Origin: Ascoidea asiatica JCM 7603
Taxonomy: Eukaryota > Fungi > Ascomycota
Direction of reading: 5' to 3'
Length of the DNA stretch: 64,000 nucleotides
Assembly: GCA_001600695.1 (NCBI GenBank)
Contig: BCKQ01000003.1
Coordinates: 1,828,392 to 1,892,391 of the forward strand
The notes under the pieces are model-generated. The model was not told the DNA's origin, did no database searches, and saw only the letters and a program-made list of their open reading frames with translations. A program made the position numbers and the translations under genes. This document shows, piece by piece, positions 12,108 to 22,764 of the stretch (position 1 is the first letter of the stretch; every line of letters starts with the position of its first letter).

Positions 12108-12356
12108 ATGGGTGATTCAACTTCAGAAAGTAAAGATATTGGTAAAGGTAGTGAAATCTTTTATCTTGCAAGTTTTTTTCATAAAGTTGATTATGATCAT
12201 GATGGTATAATTTCCGTTGAACAATTGAAAAAAATCATTAAAAATGTTGAACCTGAATTAACTGATGATCAAATTGATATAATTATAAAAAATATTGATT
12301 TAAATCACGATAATCAAATAGATTTTACTGAATATATGAAATATTTTAAAAAATAA
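12108..12356 (+). CDS. Small two-EF-hand protein (single calmodulin-like lobe), 82 aa
   Basis: Loops DYDHDGIISVEQ and DLNHDNQIDFTE; calmodulin-like linker ELTDDQIDIIIKNID; A-rich ATG context. Confidence 0.75.
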   Translation: MGDSTSESKDIGKGSEIFYLASFFHKVDYDHDGIISVEQLKKIIKNVEPELTDDQIDIIIKNIDLNHDNQIDFTEYMKYFKK

Positions 12357-12718
12357 TATCAATATCAATATCAATATCCATATCAATATCTTTATGTCAC
12401 TCTTATATCTATCATTATATCATTACATCATTATATCATTATATCATTATATCATTATAATCACTATCACTCATTCAATATATTTTTGTATATACTTTTC
12501 ATAATCTTTCTATATTTCTAACTTCGGATTTTTAACTCATATTTATTTGCTCTTTAATCTATCTTTGCATATACATTGCATTTGCGTATATATATATATA
12601 TATAGCTATTTACATTACTTTTATTCTCATTCTTTTCATCGCGTTATTTTAATCTCATTCTTTTTAATCAATTAATCTTTTTATTTTTTATTTTTTTCTC
12701 ATTGAATAATATATTAAT

Positions 12719-13936
12719 TCAATCATTAAGAAATTTTACTACAGTTTCAATAAATTCTTTTGGATTTTCACTTATTAACCAATGTCCTGTATTAAATAAT
12801 TTAATTTCATTATTTGGAAAATATAAATTTATATCCTTTATTGAATTTTCATTTATAAAATTTGATTTTTTTGCTTTTAAAAATAAACTTTTATTTAAAA
12901 ATTTTTCATTATTATAAAATTTTGGAAAATTTCCAACATTAATTAATAATTCATCTAAATTATTTACAGGAATTTTAAAATGACAATAATTATCATTAAG
13001 ATAATTATTTGAATAATTTGATAATAAAAATAATCTTATTAATTTATCTTTTTCATTTAATTTAATTAATTCATTATTAATTTTTTGAAACCATAATGGA
13101 TCAGTTTTTAAAATTTTTATATTATTTTCAAGATATTGCATTTTTTTTAAATAATCAAAAAAATATTTATCTAAAATTTGATTAGTTGGAGAATTATCAA
13201 CACTTATAATTTTATTAATTTTAATTTTAGATTCTAAAGCTAAAGTCATTATAACTTTTGCACCCATTGAATGACCAATTAAGTTAATTTTTTTATTATT
13301 ACTACTTAAATTATTTTTTAAAATAAAATTATAAACATCATAACTCATTGTTTTATAATCAAATGGATAAGCATGTGGTGACATTGAATGATTTCTTAAA
13401 TCAATTGAATAAATTTCAATATTTTTTAAAATTTTACTTAATTTTTTTGAAATTGATTTAAAATTTTGTTTTGAACCAAATAATCCATGAACTAAAATTA
13501 TTATTTCATCATTAAAATCTTTAATATTATTTGAATTATTATTACCATCATTTATATCATTATTTATATCATTATTTATACCATTATCAGTTGATTTATA
13601 TTTACTTTTTTTTTCAATATTTGTTTTTGTTCCATTTACATATAAATCATAACTTAATTCACATGGAACTATCACTGGTAGATTCTTTGGAACGACATTT
13701 GAAACAATGTTTGGAAGATTCTTTGAAACAGTATTTGGAACATTATTTGTAGATATATAATATCTATTTGAAGGTAATTCCTTTTTTATTCTATTTTTTA
13801 TTTTATAGTTATTTCTTTCATTTTTAAAGTAAATTATATTTCTTGAATTAATTTTGATTGAGTTGAAAACATTCAATTGAAAATGACGTGTAAGTCTTGA
13901 AGAAGGAATAATCGTCCTAGAGAAGTTGGAACTCAT
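12719..13936 (-). CDS. Mitochondrial alpha/beta-hydrolase, ABHD11/Imo32/Eat1 family
   Basis: Arg/Ser-rich presequence; HGLFGS, DLRNH, GHSMG nucleophile elbow, TGHW catalytic His. Confidence 0.88.
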   Translation of the reverse strand: MSSNFSRTIIPSSRLTRHFQLNVFNSIKINSRNIIYFKNERNNYKIKNRIKKELPSNRYYISTNNVPNTVSKNLPNIVSNVVPKNLPVIVPCELSYDLYVNGTKTNIEKKSKYKSTDNGINNDINNDINDGNNNSNNIKDFNDEIIILVHGLFGSKQNFKSISKKLSKILKNIEIYSIDLRNHSMSPHAYPFDYKTMSYDVYNFILKNNLSSNNKKINLIGHSMGAKVIMTLALESKIKINKIISVDNSPTNQILDKYFFDYLKKMQYLENNIKILKTDPLWFQKINNELIKLNEKDKLIRLFLLSNYSNNYLNDNYCHFKIPVNNLDELLINVGNFPKFYNNEKFLNKSLFLKAKKSNFINENSIKDINLYFPNNEIKLFNTGHWLISENPKEFIETVVKFLND

Positions 13937-14722
13937 GTTTGTTTTATCTTTATTTCTTCTCTGTATCTTCTTCTTTTTATTTTCCTTCTTCTTACTCTAC
14001 TTCTTCTGTTTCTTCTGCTTCTGATATTCTCAAACTCTTGTATTTCTTTTATATTCATTCTGGAAAGAGGCAATTGCTTCACTTATTTCCTCTCAAGTTG
14101 AGTATATTTGAACTTTGCCCCCATATCGGCAATGTGTCCGGCATTCACGTTCTAACACTGCACGCCGCCTGTCCCGGCCAGATCTCAACTTTCCCAGTGG
14201 TCTCGCTTCTCTCTTTATTGTCCATTACTCAAACACTGCTTCCAGTAACGGCTCAGACGATTTCAAATCCACCCTCCAGGACTCAAGAAAAAAAAGAACC
14301 TGTAAAAATAACAAGAAAAGTAACAAGAGAAAAGAACATCAAAAGATTCACTGCAAAGTAGCTGAAAACAATAAACGGATTTTGCCTTATTCACCGATAC
14401 CAAATAAACTTACAATTAAGCTATTCACAAATAATATTCACAATTTATACAATCATTTACCATTAATTAATTTATCATGTTTTATGTTCAGAATCAATAA
14501 ACTCTCTTTTCCTTTCTTGATCTTTTTTCAATTATCTGATCTTATCAAATATACTGTATAAATCATATTCTATATTCAATACTTTAGTATTTATACTTTC
14601 AATTATGTTTTACTCTTTTGAACCCTTTTTTTTTGCATTTCATTTTTAGCTTTTTCGTTTTCTTTTTTTTCTTTCCAAATTAATTTCCTAACTATATAAT
14701 ATATGATTTCAAAACTTATCAA

Positions 14723-16648
14723 ATGTTCAAAATAAAATTTTTATCATCAATATCCATATCAATATTAATATATTTTATATTTTTATTTAATTTATCTCAT
14801 TCTTGGTCTCCAACAAATTCTTATGCTCCTGGTAAAGTAAATTGCCCAGATAAAGATTCTTTGATTAGAGAAGCTTCTGAAATAAGTGATGAAGAATATG
14901 ATTGGATTGAAAAAAGAAATATTTTAACTGATGAAAATTTAATAAATTTTTTCAAATATTCAACAAATTTTGGGAATTCTACAAGTAATATTACTGATTT
15001 TGATATTGAAGATTTTTTTGATAATTTAAACTCTTCAATAAAAATTGCTTTATCATTTTCTGGTGGCGGTTATAGAGCAATGTTTAATGGTGCTGGTCAA
15101 TTATCTGCTTTAGATAATAGAACTTTAAATTCTTTTGAAAATGGTTTAGGTGGTTTATTAGAATCTTCAACTTATATTGCAGGTTTATCTGGTGGTAATT
15201 GGTTAGTTGGTACGGTTTCAATGTCAAATTGGACAAGTATTCAACAATTAATTTTTGAACAATCAAATGTTTGGAATATTAAAAATCCTTTATATGATTT
15301 AGGTGATAATTTAATTGAAACTTTAAAAATTTATAGTAATATGGCTGATGAAATAGCTGATAAAAGAGATGCAGGTTTTGATGTTTCATTAACTGATTTA
15401 TGGGCAAGAGCTTTATCAAGACAATTTTTTACAAATTTATCGGATTATGGTTCTGCTTTAACTTTTTCCTCAATAAGAGATTCAACTGTTTTTAAATATG
15501 CTGAAATGCCATTTCCAATGTCAATTGCCTTAGGTAGATATCCAGGTTCAACAATTATTGATTTAAATTCAACTGTATTTGAATTCAATCCTTTTGAAAT
15601 GGGTTCTTGGGATCCAAGCATAAATTCTTTTACTGATATAAAATATTTAGGTACAAATACTTCAAATGGTATTCCACTTGATAATGATTATTGTATTTCA
15701 GGCTTAGATAATGCTGGTTTTATAATGGGTACTTCTTCTTCTTTATTTAATACTGGTTTAACTCAATTAAATGAATCAAGTATTAAAGGTGAAATTTATA
15801 AAATTGCTAAAAAAATTATAGATGATTTATATGATGCCGAAAATGATATTGCTGTTTATAGTCCAAATCCTTTTTATGATAATGAATATGGTACAAGTGA
15901 AACCGTTGCTGATTCGGATTCTTTATTTCTTGTTGATGGTGGTGAAGATGGTCAAAATGTACCTTTAAATCCTTTACTACAACCTGAAAGAGATATTGAT
16001 ATAATTATAACTTTTGATAATAGTGCTAATATTGATAGTTGGCCAGATGGTTCTGCTCTTGTTCATACTTATTCGAGACAATTTGGTTCTCAAGGTAATG
16101 TAACTGCAATGCCATATGTGCCTGATGAAATGTCCTTTAGATCTTTAAATTTAACCTCGAAACCAACTTTTTTTGGTTGTGATTCTTCAAATTTAACTGA
16201 TTTAACGAATATACCTCCATTAATTGTTTATATTGCAAATAGACCCTTTTCTTATTGGTCAAATACTTCTACTTTAAAATTAAAATATGATCAAGATGAA
16301 AAACTTGATATTGTTAAAAATGGTTTTGAAGTTGCTTCAAGATTAAATAAAACTTTAGATCAAAATTGGCCAACTTGCTTAGCTTGTGCAATTATGAGAA
16401 GATCTCAAGAAAGAAATAATTTAACTCAACCTGAAATTTGTAAACAATGTTTTTCAGAATATTGTTGGGATGGTTCAACTACTAACGTAGATTCTGAAAA
16501 TTATAATTTTACTTTAACAGGTTTAGTTGATCTTAAACAAGAAGATACTGATTTGAAAATTCAATCTTCTTTGTCTTTATCCATTTTTTCTACTTTTAAT
16601 TTATTCTTTCTTTTCATATCATATTTTATATTGTTTTCTCTTATATAA
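14723..16648 (+). CDS. PLB1: Lysophospholipase/phospholipase B, secreted, probably GPI-anchored
   Basis: Signal peptide, WSPTNSYAPG, SGGGYRAM, GLSGG (Ser), LVDGGED (Asp), hydrophobic C-terminus. The exact PLB paralog is uncertain. Confidence 0.93.
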   Translation: MFKIKFLSSISISILIYFIFLFNLSHSWSPTNSYAPGKVNCPDKDSLIREASEISDEEYDWIEKRNILTDENLINFFKYSTNFGNSTSNITDFDIEDFFDNLNSSIKIALSFSGGGYRAMFNGAGQLSALDNRTLNSFENGLGGLLESSTYIAGLSGGNWLVGTVSMSNWTSIQQLIFEQSNVWNIKNPLYDLGDNLIETLKIYSNMADEIADKRDAGFDVSLTDLWARALSRQFFTNLSDYGSALTFSSIRDSTVFKYAEMPFPMSIALGRYPGSTIIDLNSTVFEFNPFEMGSWDPSINSFTDIKYLGTNTSNGIPLDNDYCISGLDNAGFIMGTSSSLFNTGLTQLNESSIKGEIYKIAKKIIDDLYDAENDIAVYSPNPFYDNEYGTSETVADSDSLFLVDGGEDGQNVPLNPLLQPERDIDIIITFDNSANIDSWPDGSALVHTYSRQFGSQGNVTAMPYVPDEMSFRSLNLTSKPTFFGCDSSNLTDLTNIPPLIVYIANRPFSYWSNTSTLKLKYDQDEKLDIVKNGFEVASRLNKTLDQNWPTCLACAIMRRSQERNNLTQPEICKQCFSEYCWDGSTTNVDSENYNFTLTGLVDLKQEDTDLKIQSSLSLSIFSTFNLFFLFISYFILFSLI

Positions 16649-16859
16649 TTTCATCCAAATAAAAACTTCATATTCTTTAACAGAATTGAACTCCTTATTC
16701 TAAATCACATTTTGCATTATAAGTAAATGCAATTAGATACAAGGAAAAGAAATATTGTGCAAAAAATCATATATTAAATATATAGAAAAACGCATATACA
16801 ATATACATATAAAAAAGCACATTTAATCACCAAATAATCAAAGTTAGAAATATTCAAGT

Positions 16860-19202
16860 TCAATTTTTCTTATTTGTTAAAATTTTCTCAAGTTTTACCT
16901 TTTTGTCATTTTCATCTTCAAAGAGAATCATAGATCCTTTAACACCTCTTAGTGATTTACTTTCACTATTTTCAATATCATTATCTTTATTTGAATCAAG
17001 TGAATGATATTCTTCACTATTTCTTTTGTCATGCCTTTGAAGAATCGAAATGCAATTTGTAAGACATTCTATTGAATTTCCTCTTCTTACTAGATTCCCT
17101 CTTATTTGTTGCTCTTGTTCAATTGTTTCAAATAAAGCTTTGAAATTACCAGCTCCGAAACCATCATGACCTTCTCTTTGAATAATTTCTAAGAAAATAG
17201 TAGGCCTATCAGTTAATGGCTTAGTAAATATTTGCAATAAATACCCATCTTCGTTAAAATCAAGAAGGATTCCAAACTTTTCTAGGTCATCTAAAGATTC
17301 ATTGATAATTGGATGTGGTTCTGAATCAAGTCTCTTTTTCAAATTAACATAATATTTAGGATTGGTATCATTAAAAATTGCACCTCTCTCTAGTAATGCT
17401 TTAACAGTAGCAAGAATGTCCTTTGTAGTTAATGCAATATGTTGGACACCAAAACCAAAATCATTAAATTCATCTATTTGAGATTTATAAAGACTATTGG
17501 TAGGTTCATTGATAGGTAGTTTAACTTTATTATTTTGAGAACTCATTACTATTGATCTCAATGAAGAAAAATCAGTACAAACTTTTTTTTCGTCAACAGA
17601 CCAAAATTTTTTGAAATTAAACATATTTTCATACAAACCACATATCTCATTCATTTCTCCATTTTTAAAATTTTGAACACAATGATCAATTCTAATCAAT
17701 TTAGCATTAGGTAAAGTATCAATACCATTCAATTTATATTTCAAAAATTCATCTCCATAGGTTTCATCAAGATAACCAGGAAGAAAATTTCCTTTAAATG
17801 TATCATCTCCAATTTCAATGAATGTATGAACTAAACCCTTTTTTCTTAAAATGAGTTTAGCAATTTTAACGCTTCCTAATTTTCTATCATTAACAATACA
17901 AACTGGTAAAACAACTAAAGCATTTTTAGAAACTGCAGAAAGAAATACATCTTCAATATTTTTAACTTTCAATGCTACTTCAATAACACTATTACCATAG
18001 TCAGAAAGAATTTTGGAAGTTTTTTTAAGTTCACGTTGTTGCTCTCTTAAAACCTTTAAAGCTTTTACCATTTTATTATCCCTATTTTGTTCTGTGAAAA
18101 TATAAGGATTATCTTTTTTAGCATCATCACCGATTTTATGTAAATCATAAGTTCTTAAAGGTGATGTAAATTCAATAGTTACTTCGCCATTACGAACAAC
18201 ATGAGAAGCAAAATCTGTTGAATCAGTTTCCAGACCCTTATATGCAATATGAGTGAAGTTAAAAGTGTTAATGAAGTATAAAGCAGAAGCTCTACTATCG
18301 GAAGTAATCATAGTAATATGATGAAAATCTTCAATATCTGAAGTTTTGATATTTTGATTCAATTGTTTATAAATTTTAATTTCATCAACAGTATTTCTTG
18401 GATTACTGTTTTCAAAGGCTAATAGCCTAAGTTGACAATGTGGATTAATTTTATAAAATTTACTTTTACTTTGATCCTCACCATTGGAGGTACCTTGGGA
18501 GTTACCATTGGAGTTAGCATAAGAATCAGCACACCTAGTAGAGTTAGCATTAGATTTAGACTTGTTATTATATTTCTTATTAGATTTAATATGACCATTG
18601 ATATTGTTATTAACGTTAGAATCTAAATTAATATTATCTTCATTTTTGTTGCTTTTATCTTTTGAGACTATATTCTTGATAGAAAACTTATTTCTAAAAG
18701 AAGATTTAGATCTAGCAGAAGAATTCGGATTAGATGACAATGGTGGAAGAAATTGAGAAGAATTAACAGACGATGATGGTAAGTTGTATGGAGAATTAAC
18801 TTCATTTTCATATGAGTCAATAGGTACTGAATCTAAAGAATCGAAATCAGCACCAATCAATCCTACCGAAGAAGTATTTTCAGCAAAAGGTTCATCAAAT
18901 GGAGCGTCAAGATAATTTTCGATAATAAGAGGAGTTGATTCAGTTTGATTTTGTTCAGTTTGATTTTGTTCAGTTTGATTTTGTTCAGTTTGATTTTGTT
19001 CAGTTTGATTTTGTTCAGTTTGATTTTGTTCAGTTTGATTTTGTTCATTTTGATTTTGTTCATTTTGGAAGTTATTTTCTTGAGAAACTACTTGTTGAGT
19101 ATTATTTTCAGTTTCATCTTGCAAATCTATGACATTTTGTTCTTGATTATTTTGATCTTGATTATGCTTTTTAGGAAAAAGCTTCTCTTTAAAAGTCCTC
19201 AT
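16860..19202 (-). CDS. HPD1: 4-hydroxyphenylpyruvate dioxygenase with long N- and C-terminal extensions
   Basis: AYKGLET, IDHCVQN (Fe His), FWSVD, LRSIVM, KLPINEP, GVQHIAL (Fe His), GYLLQIFTKP, FLEIIQR (Fe Glu), GFGAGNFKALFE. Confidence 0.92.
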   Translation of the reverse strand: MRTFKEKLFPKKHNQDQNNQEQNVIDLQDETENNTQQVVSQENNFQNEQNQNEQNQTEQNQTEQNQTEQNQTEQNQTEQNQTEQNQTESTPLIIENYLDAPFDEPFAENTSSVGLIGADFDSLDSVPIDSYENEVNSPYNLPSSSVNSSQFLPPLSSNPNSSARSKSSFRNKFSIKNIVSKDKSNKNEDNINLDSNVNNNINGHIKSNKKYNNKSKSNANSTRCADSYANSNGNSQGTSNGEDQSKSKFYKINPHCQLRLLAFENSNPRNTVDEIKIYKQLNQNIKTSDIEDFHHITMITSDSRASALYFINTFNFTHIAYKGLETDSTDFASHVVRNGEVTIEFTSPLRTYDLHKIGDDAKKDNPYIFTEQNRDNKMVKALKVLREQQRELKKTSKILSDYGNSVIEVALKVKNIEDVFLSAVSKNALVVLPVCIVNDRKLGSVKIAKLILRKKGLVHTFIEIGDDTFKGNFLPGYLDETYGDEFLKYKLNGIDTLPNAKLIRIDHCVQNFKNGEMNEICGLYENMFNFKKFWSVDEKKVCTDFSSLRSIVMSSQNNKVKLPINEPTNSLYKSQIDEFNDFGFGVQHIALTTKDILATVKALLERGAIFNDTNPKYYVNLKKRLDSEPHPIINESLDDLEKFGILLDFNEDGYLLQIFTKPLTDRPTIFLEIIQREGHDGFGAGNFKALFETIEQEQQIRGNLVRRGNSIECLTNCISILQRHDKRNSEEYHSLDSNKDNDIENSESKSLRGVKGSMILFEDENDKKVKLEKILTNKKN
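18939..19067. repeat. 15-bp coding minisatellite (TTCAGTTTGATTTTG) x7 plus ~1.6 variant copies, encoding (QNQTE)n in the HPPD extension
   Basis: Counted directly; it also explains the spurious repetitive ORFs in the other frames. Confidence 0.95.
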
Positions 19203-19381
19203 AACGAAAAAAATAAAGAGCCCAAATTAAAGGGAAAAATTAAAAAACAGAAATTGAGATAGAATTAAAAAGATTGAAATTTAACAAATTAAAATATGAA
19301 ATATTAAAATAAAAGATTGAAAAAGAATTTGATTGAACTAGTAATAAAGGTAAGAAATGTGATTGCACAAATACTACCTAC

Positions 19382-19485
19382 TTTTTTTTTTTTTTTTTTT
19401 TTGATGCTTTGATTTTTTGATTTTTCGATTTTTCGATTTTTCGATTTTTTGATTTTTTGATTTTTTTTGAATTTTTTGAATTTTT
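19382..19485. repeat. Poly-T tract followed by degenerate 8-bp repeats (GATTTTTT/GATTTTTC) upstream of HPPD
   Basis: Seen directly. Confidence 0.8.
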
Positions 19486-20365
19486 ATTTAAAAATTTATA
19501 GTTAGCAAGTTTAAAGTAATTGAAATTATTTTAAAAGCAAATTATACAAATTTTTATTGAAATTTTCGGGGACTTCAAAAAAAGGAGAATAAAGAGGAAA
19601 AGAAAAATAAAGAAAATAATTAAACCTTTTATATTTTGAACCATCATAGTTCACTGAAAGCAAAACTATTAATTCCGGGAATGTTTCTTAATTGCATTCT
19701 AAAAGAAAAGGTAGTTTGTGCATTGAAAAGTTCCTTTTGTGACTCAAAAGCTGTAGAAAAACCAACCTCGTGCCCTTTACTAGACCAGTAACGACAAATA
19801 GCTTTGAAAGACAACAGTTGGACACCCAGAAAGAAATTATATGCTTGGAGAATATAAACACAAACCAGGCGCCGAAAATAAGTTCAAACAGGAAGATTAG
19901 TAGATAAGAGAGTAAACAAATCCATTTGTAATAATAGCTGACACAGACAAAATTAGAACCTGAATTCTAATAGAACCAAAACTTTTGCGTGGTATTTACA
20001 GACATCTTTTATATGAATTCTATATTTGATATTTGAATACAGGAGACAAGACAATATACAATATTACTTAGTTTAGCAACGTTATCTATTGTTAAATATA
20101 AATACTGTATAAAGGTTGTTCATTTATACACCTTTGATATTAATTCCTGATTGGGATTACTATTATTATATCTTAGGAGCAATAGGCTAAAATCACGTGC
20201 CTGGTTATTTAGAAAGCATAACTTTAGCTGGGTTAACTTTAGATCTCACCTTACTAATGAACATAAGAAATTACTATTACTATTGAATTTAATAATTATT
20301 TAATATTGAGTAATAAATGTATGTATTTTAAAGAGTCGGATCATAATTATAAATAAATAAAAATT

Positions 20366-21685
20366 TTATAGTTTAATAACTTTTTTGTTAGATTTTTCAA
20401 CTTGATGCCACCTTTCAGCTAATCTACCAAAAAGTTTAACAGATTTTGGTTCATCTCCTTTAACATTATTAAGATCCTTTTTACCAAATAATCTTGGCTT
20501 TTCTTCATCCCATTGTTTAAATTCAATAACTTCCCATTCTTTTGGTTTTCTATAACCTAAAGATTTAAGTTTTCTAGAATTCAAATGATCAGGATCAATT
20601 ATTGAAGTCATTTTACAATTACAGAAATAAATTAATGACATTCTTTTATATTTAGCTTGATCATCAAGTGATCCAACAACTCTATGAATTGCAGATTTGA
20701 AATATCCTCCGGTTAAAAATTCCATAGCATCACCAACATTAACACATAATGCATCTTTTAATGGTTCAGCATATTTCCATTCACCTGTAAAATAATCTCT
20801 TATTTGTAAAGCATATATTTCTGCAAAACCTTTTATGAATGTAAAACCATCACCATCAGAATGACCATTTAATTGGGTATTACCAGTAGATTTATATTCT
20901 TCTTTTGATAAACCATGATAAAGCATAAATCTACCAAATCCTCCTCCTGAATTATCTAAATCGTTTTTTATCACATTAAAATGGTTTTCCCATAAATATC
21001 CTTCAGGTAATTCTAAAATTATATCACATAAATTTAATAATCTTCTTAACACATTAAAATGTAAATAACGATAATAATTTGCAACTTCTGGTAAATGAGC
21101 TTTAGCAATTAAGGGATAAATCTTATTTTTAAAATCAAATAAATAATCATCATGTAGTAAATCTCTAAAATTATAAAATTCAATATTATCTTTAACGTTT
21201 TTTTTAACAGTCCAATAACCTTTTGGTTTAAAACCAAAGCCTCTTTCAGCTCCAAGAGATATACTACGATCTTCTAAATCTGATCTTAAAGCTCCTGATT
21301 TATATTTTAATTTATCTTCCTGAGGTAATTCTAATATAGCTTGAGCGATTGAAGCAAGATTTTCATATTCTTCCTCAGTTACACCAAAATTTATAATATT
21401 AACAAATCCAATAGTTGATAATGACTCTTCTAAAATTTTTGCTAATTCTCTTCTAGATTCAAACCCTTCAGGACCGTCAATATATTTTGAAAAATCAACA
21501 ACAGACAATTTAAGTATATTTTTTGGTTTATTTGCTGTTGGTTTTGCTTTTTCAAAACTTCTAAAATTATGTTGAAGATCAATCTTTTTCACATTTAAGT
21601 CTGGAATAAATTCATCTTTCAATGTTTTCAGATCAAGTTGAGCTAAAGTTAAATCTTTAAAATTTTCTGTATCTATTATTGGCAT
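20366..21685 (-). CDS. 2-oxoglutarate/Fe(II) dioxygenase (IPNS/DIOX_N-like), substrate unknown
   Basis: VVDFS...LSTIGF (DIOX_N); HSD plus distal H (SAIHRVV) facial triad; NVGDAMEFLTGGYFKS; RMS 2OG-binding motif. Confidence 0.9.
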   Translation of the reverse strand: MPIIDTENFKDLTLAQLDLKTLKDEFIPDLNVKKIDLQHNFRSFEKAKPTANKPKNILKLSVVDFSKYIDGPEGFESRRELAKILEESLSTIGFVNIINFGVTEEEYENLASIAQAILELPQEDKLKYKSGALRSDLEDRSISLGAERGFGFKPKGYWTVKKNVKDNIEFYNFRDLLHDDYLFDFKNKIYPLIAKAHLPEVANYYRYLHFNVLRRLLNLCDIILELPEGYLWENHFNVIKNDLDNSGGGFGRFMLYHGLSKEEYKSTGNTQLNGHSDGDGFTFIKGFAEIYALQIRDYFTGEWKYAEPLKDALCVNVGDAMEFLTGGYFKSAIHRVVGSLDDQAKYKRMSLIYFCNCKMTSIIDPDHLNSRKLKSLGYRKPKEWEVIEFKQWDEEKPRLFGKKDLNNVKGDEPKSVKLFGRLAERWHQVEKSNKKVIKL

Positions 21686-22764
21686 TTTCTTTATTTTTTA
21701 TTCTTTATTATTCCTCTAAAAAAATTTCTAAAATTAATTCTTTGTAAACTATTTCTTATATGTTATAGCTTTTGAACTGATACTTTTTTGTTAATCGATG
21801 TGATTAAAGTCAAGAAATTCATCTTTATATATTATTGATTCATTTTCTTTGCAGCTTACTAATTTTCAAAATCTGTCCATTTTGCCTTCTCCAAAGCTGT
21901 TGTTAAATCATTAATATCTATGGTATGATAATAATCAACCATCCTCTATTTGCCATATTTCTAAGATTTTTCTAATGATTTTTCATAAAAGTGTGGTTAC
22001 TGAGAAATAAAAAACTTCGACCACTGTTTTTTGCCTCTCTTTTAAGCATTTTTCAAAACGTTCATCTCGCCATTTCACAATTTTCAACCATGAATGAAAG
22101 TGTGGCAAGGAATATGCCGAAGTTTACACACATTTCTGGGAAACATTTTGCGCAATTGTCAATAATTACTGGAATATTGTCATACCTGGCGTGATATCAG
22201 AAAAACATTCACCCCACCAGCCACAATAATGTAAACTCAAACCTCTATAACCGGCACATAATTTACATAGCTAAGCAGCCGAGCCCCGGCTTTTATCTCA
22301 CGTGCTCTAAGCTGAGCTGTTTTGAAGTTTCTAAGTTTTAAAGGGTCCAGCTGATATGTTTGTAACTTTTGCGATACCAAATTTTCCATAATCCATAGAC
22401 AACACTGTAATGTTATATTGTAAGTTGGAAGAATGAATGCTGCTCTCACTTTTTTATAAAGCTGAACTATATATGGGATTGATAAAAAAGAAGAGATGCA
22501 CTTAATAATAAAAAGTAAATGTCAAAGAAAAAAGTAACAAAAAAATGAAATTTGAAAATATAAACAAAAATGTAAATCAAAATAAAAGTAAAAATCCAAA
22601 TAAAAACAAACTGAAATAAAGAAAACAAAAAGAAAAGTGAAATTTCGAAATAAAATTTGAAATAAAAATCTGAAAAGCAAAATGAAAAAATTCACTAATG
22701 TTAGATATTTGAACAAAATTCCGTTTTAGTTTTTGGTATATTTAAATGATATAATTTGTATGGA

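Noticed and set aside
18863-19262. Repetitive ORFs (NKIKL)n, (QFDFV)n and (ILFSL)n; CRISPR-like periodicity
   Set aside because: These are alternative frames of the 15-bp minisatellite inside HPPD; there are no spacers.
20193-20345. TCACGTG followed by AT-rich DNA as a point centromere
   Set aside because: No CDEIII consensus, and the spacer is not uniformly AT-rich.
16860-21685. HPPD plus 2OG dioxygenase as a secondary-metabolite cluster
   Set aside because: No backbone synthase, transporter or regulator nearby; adjacency alone is insufficient.
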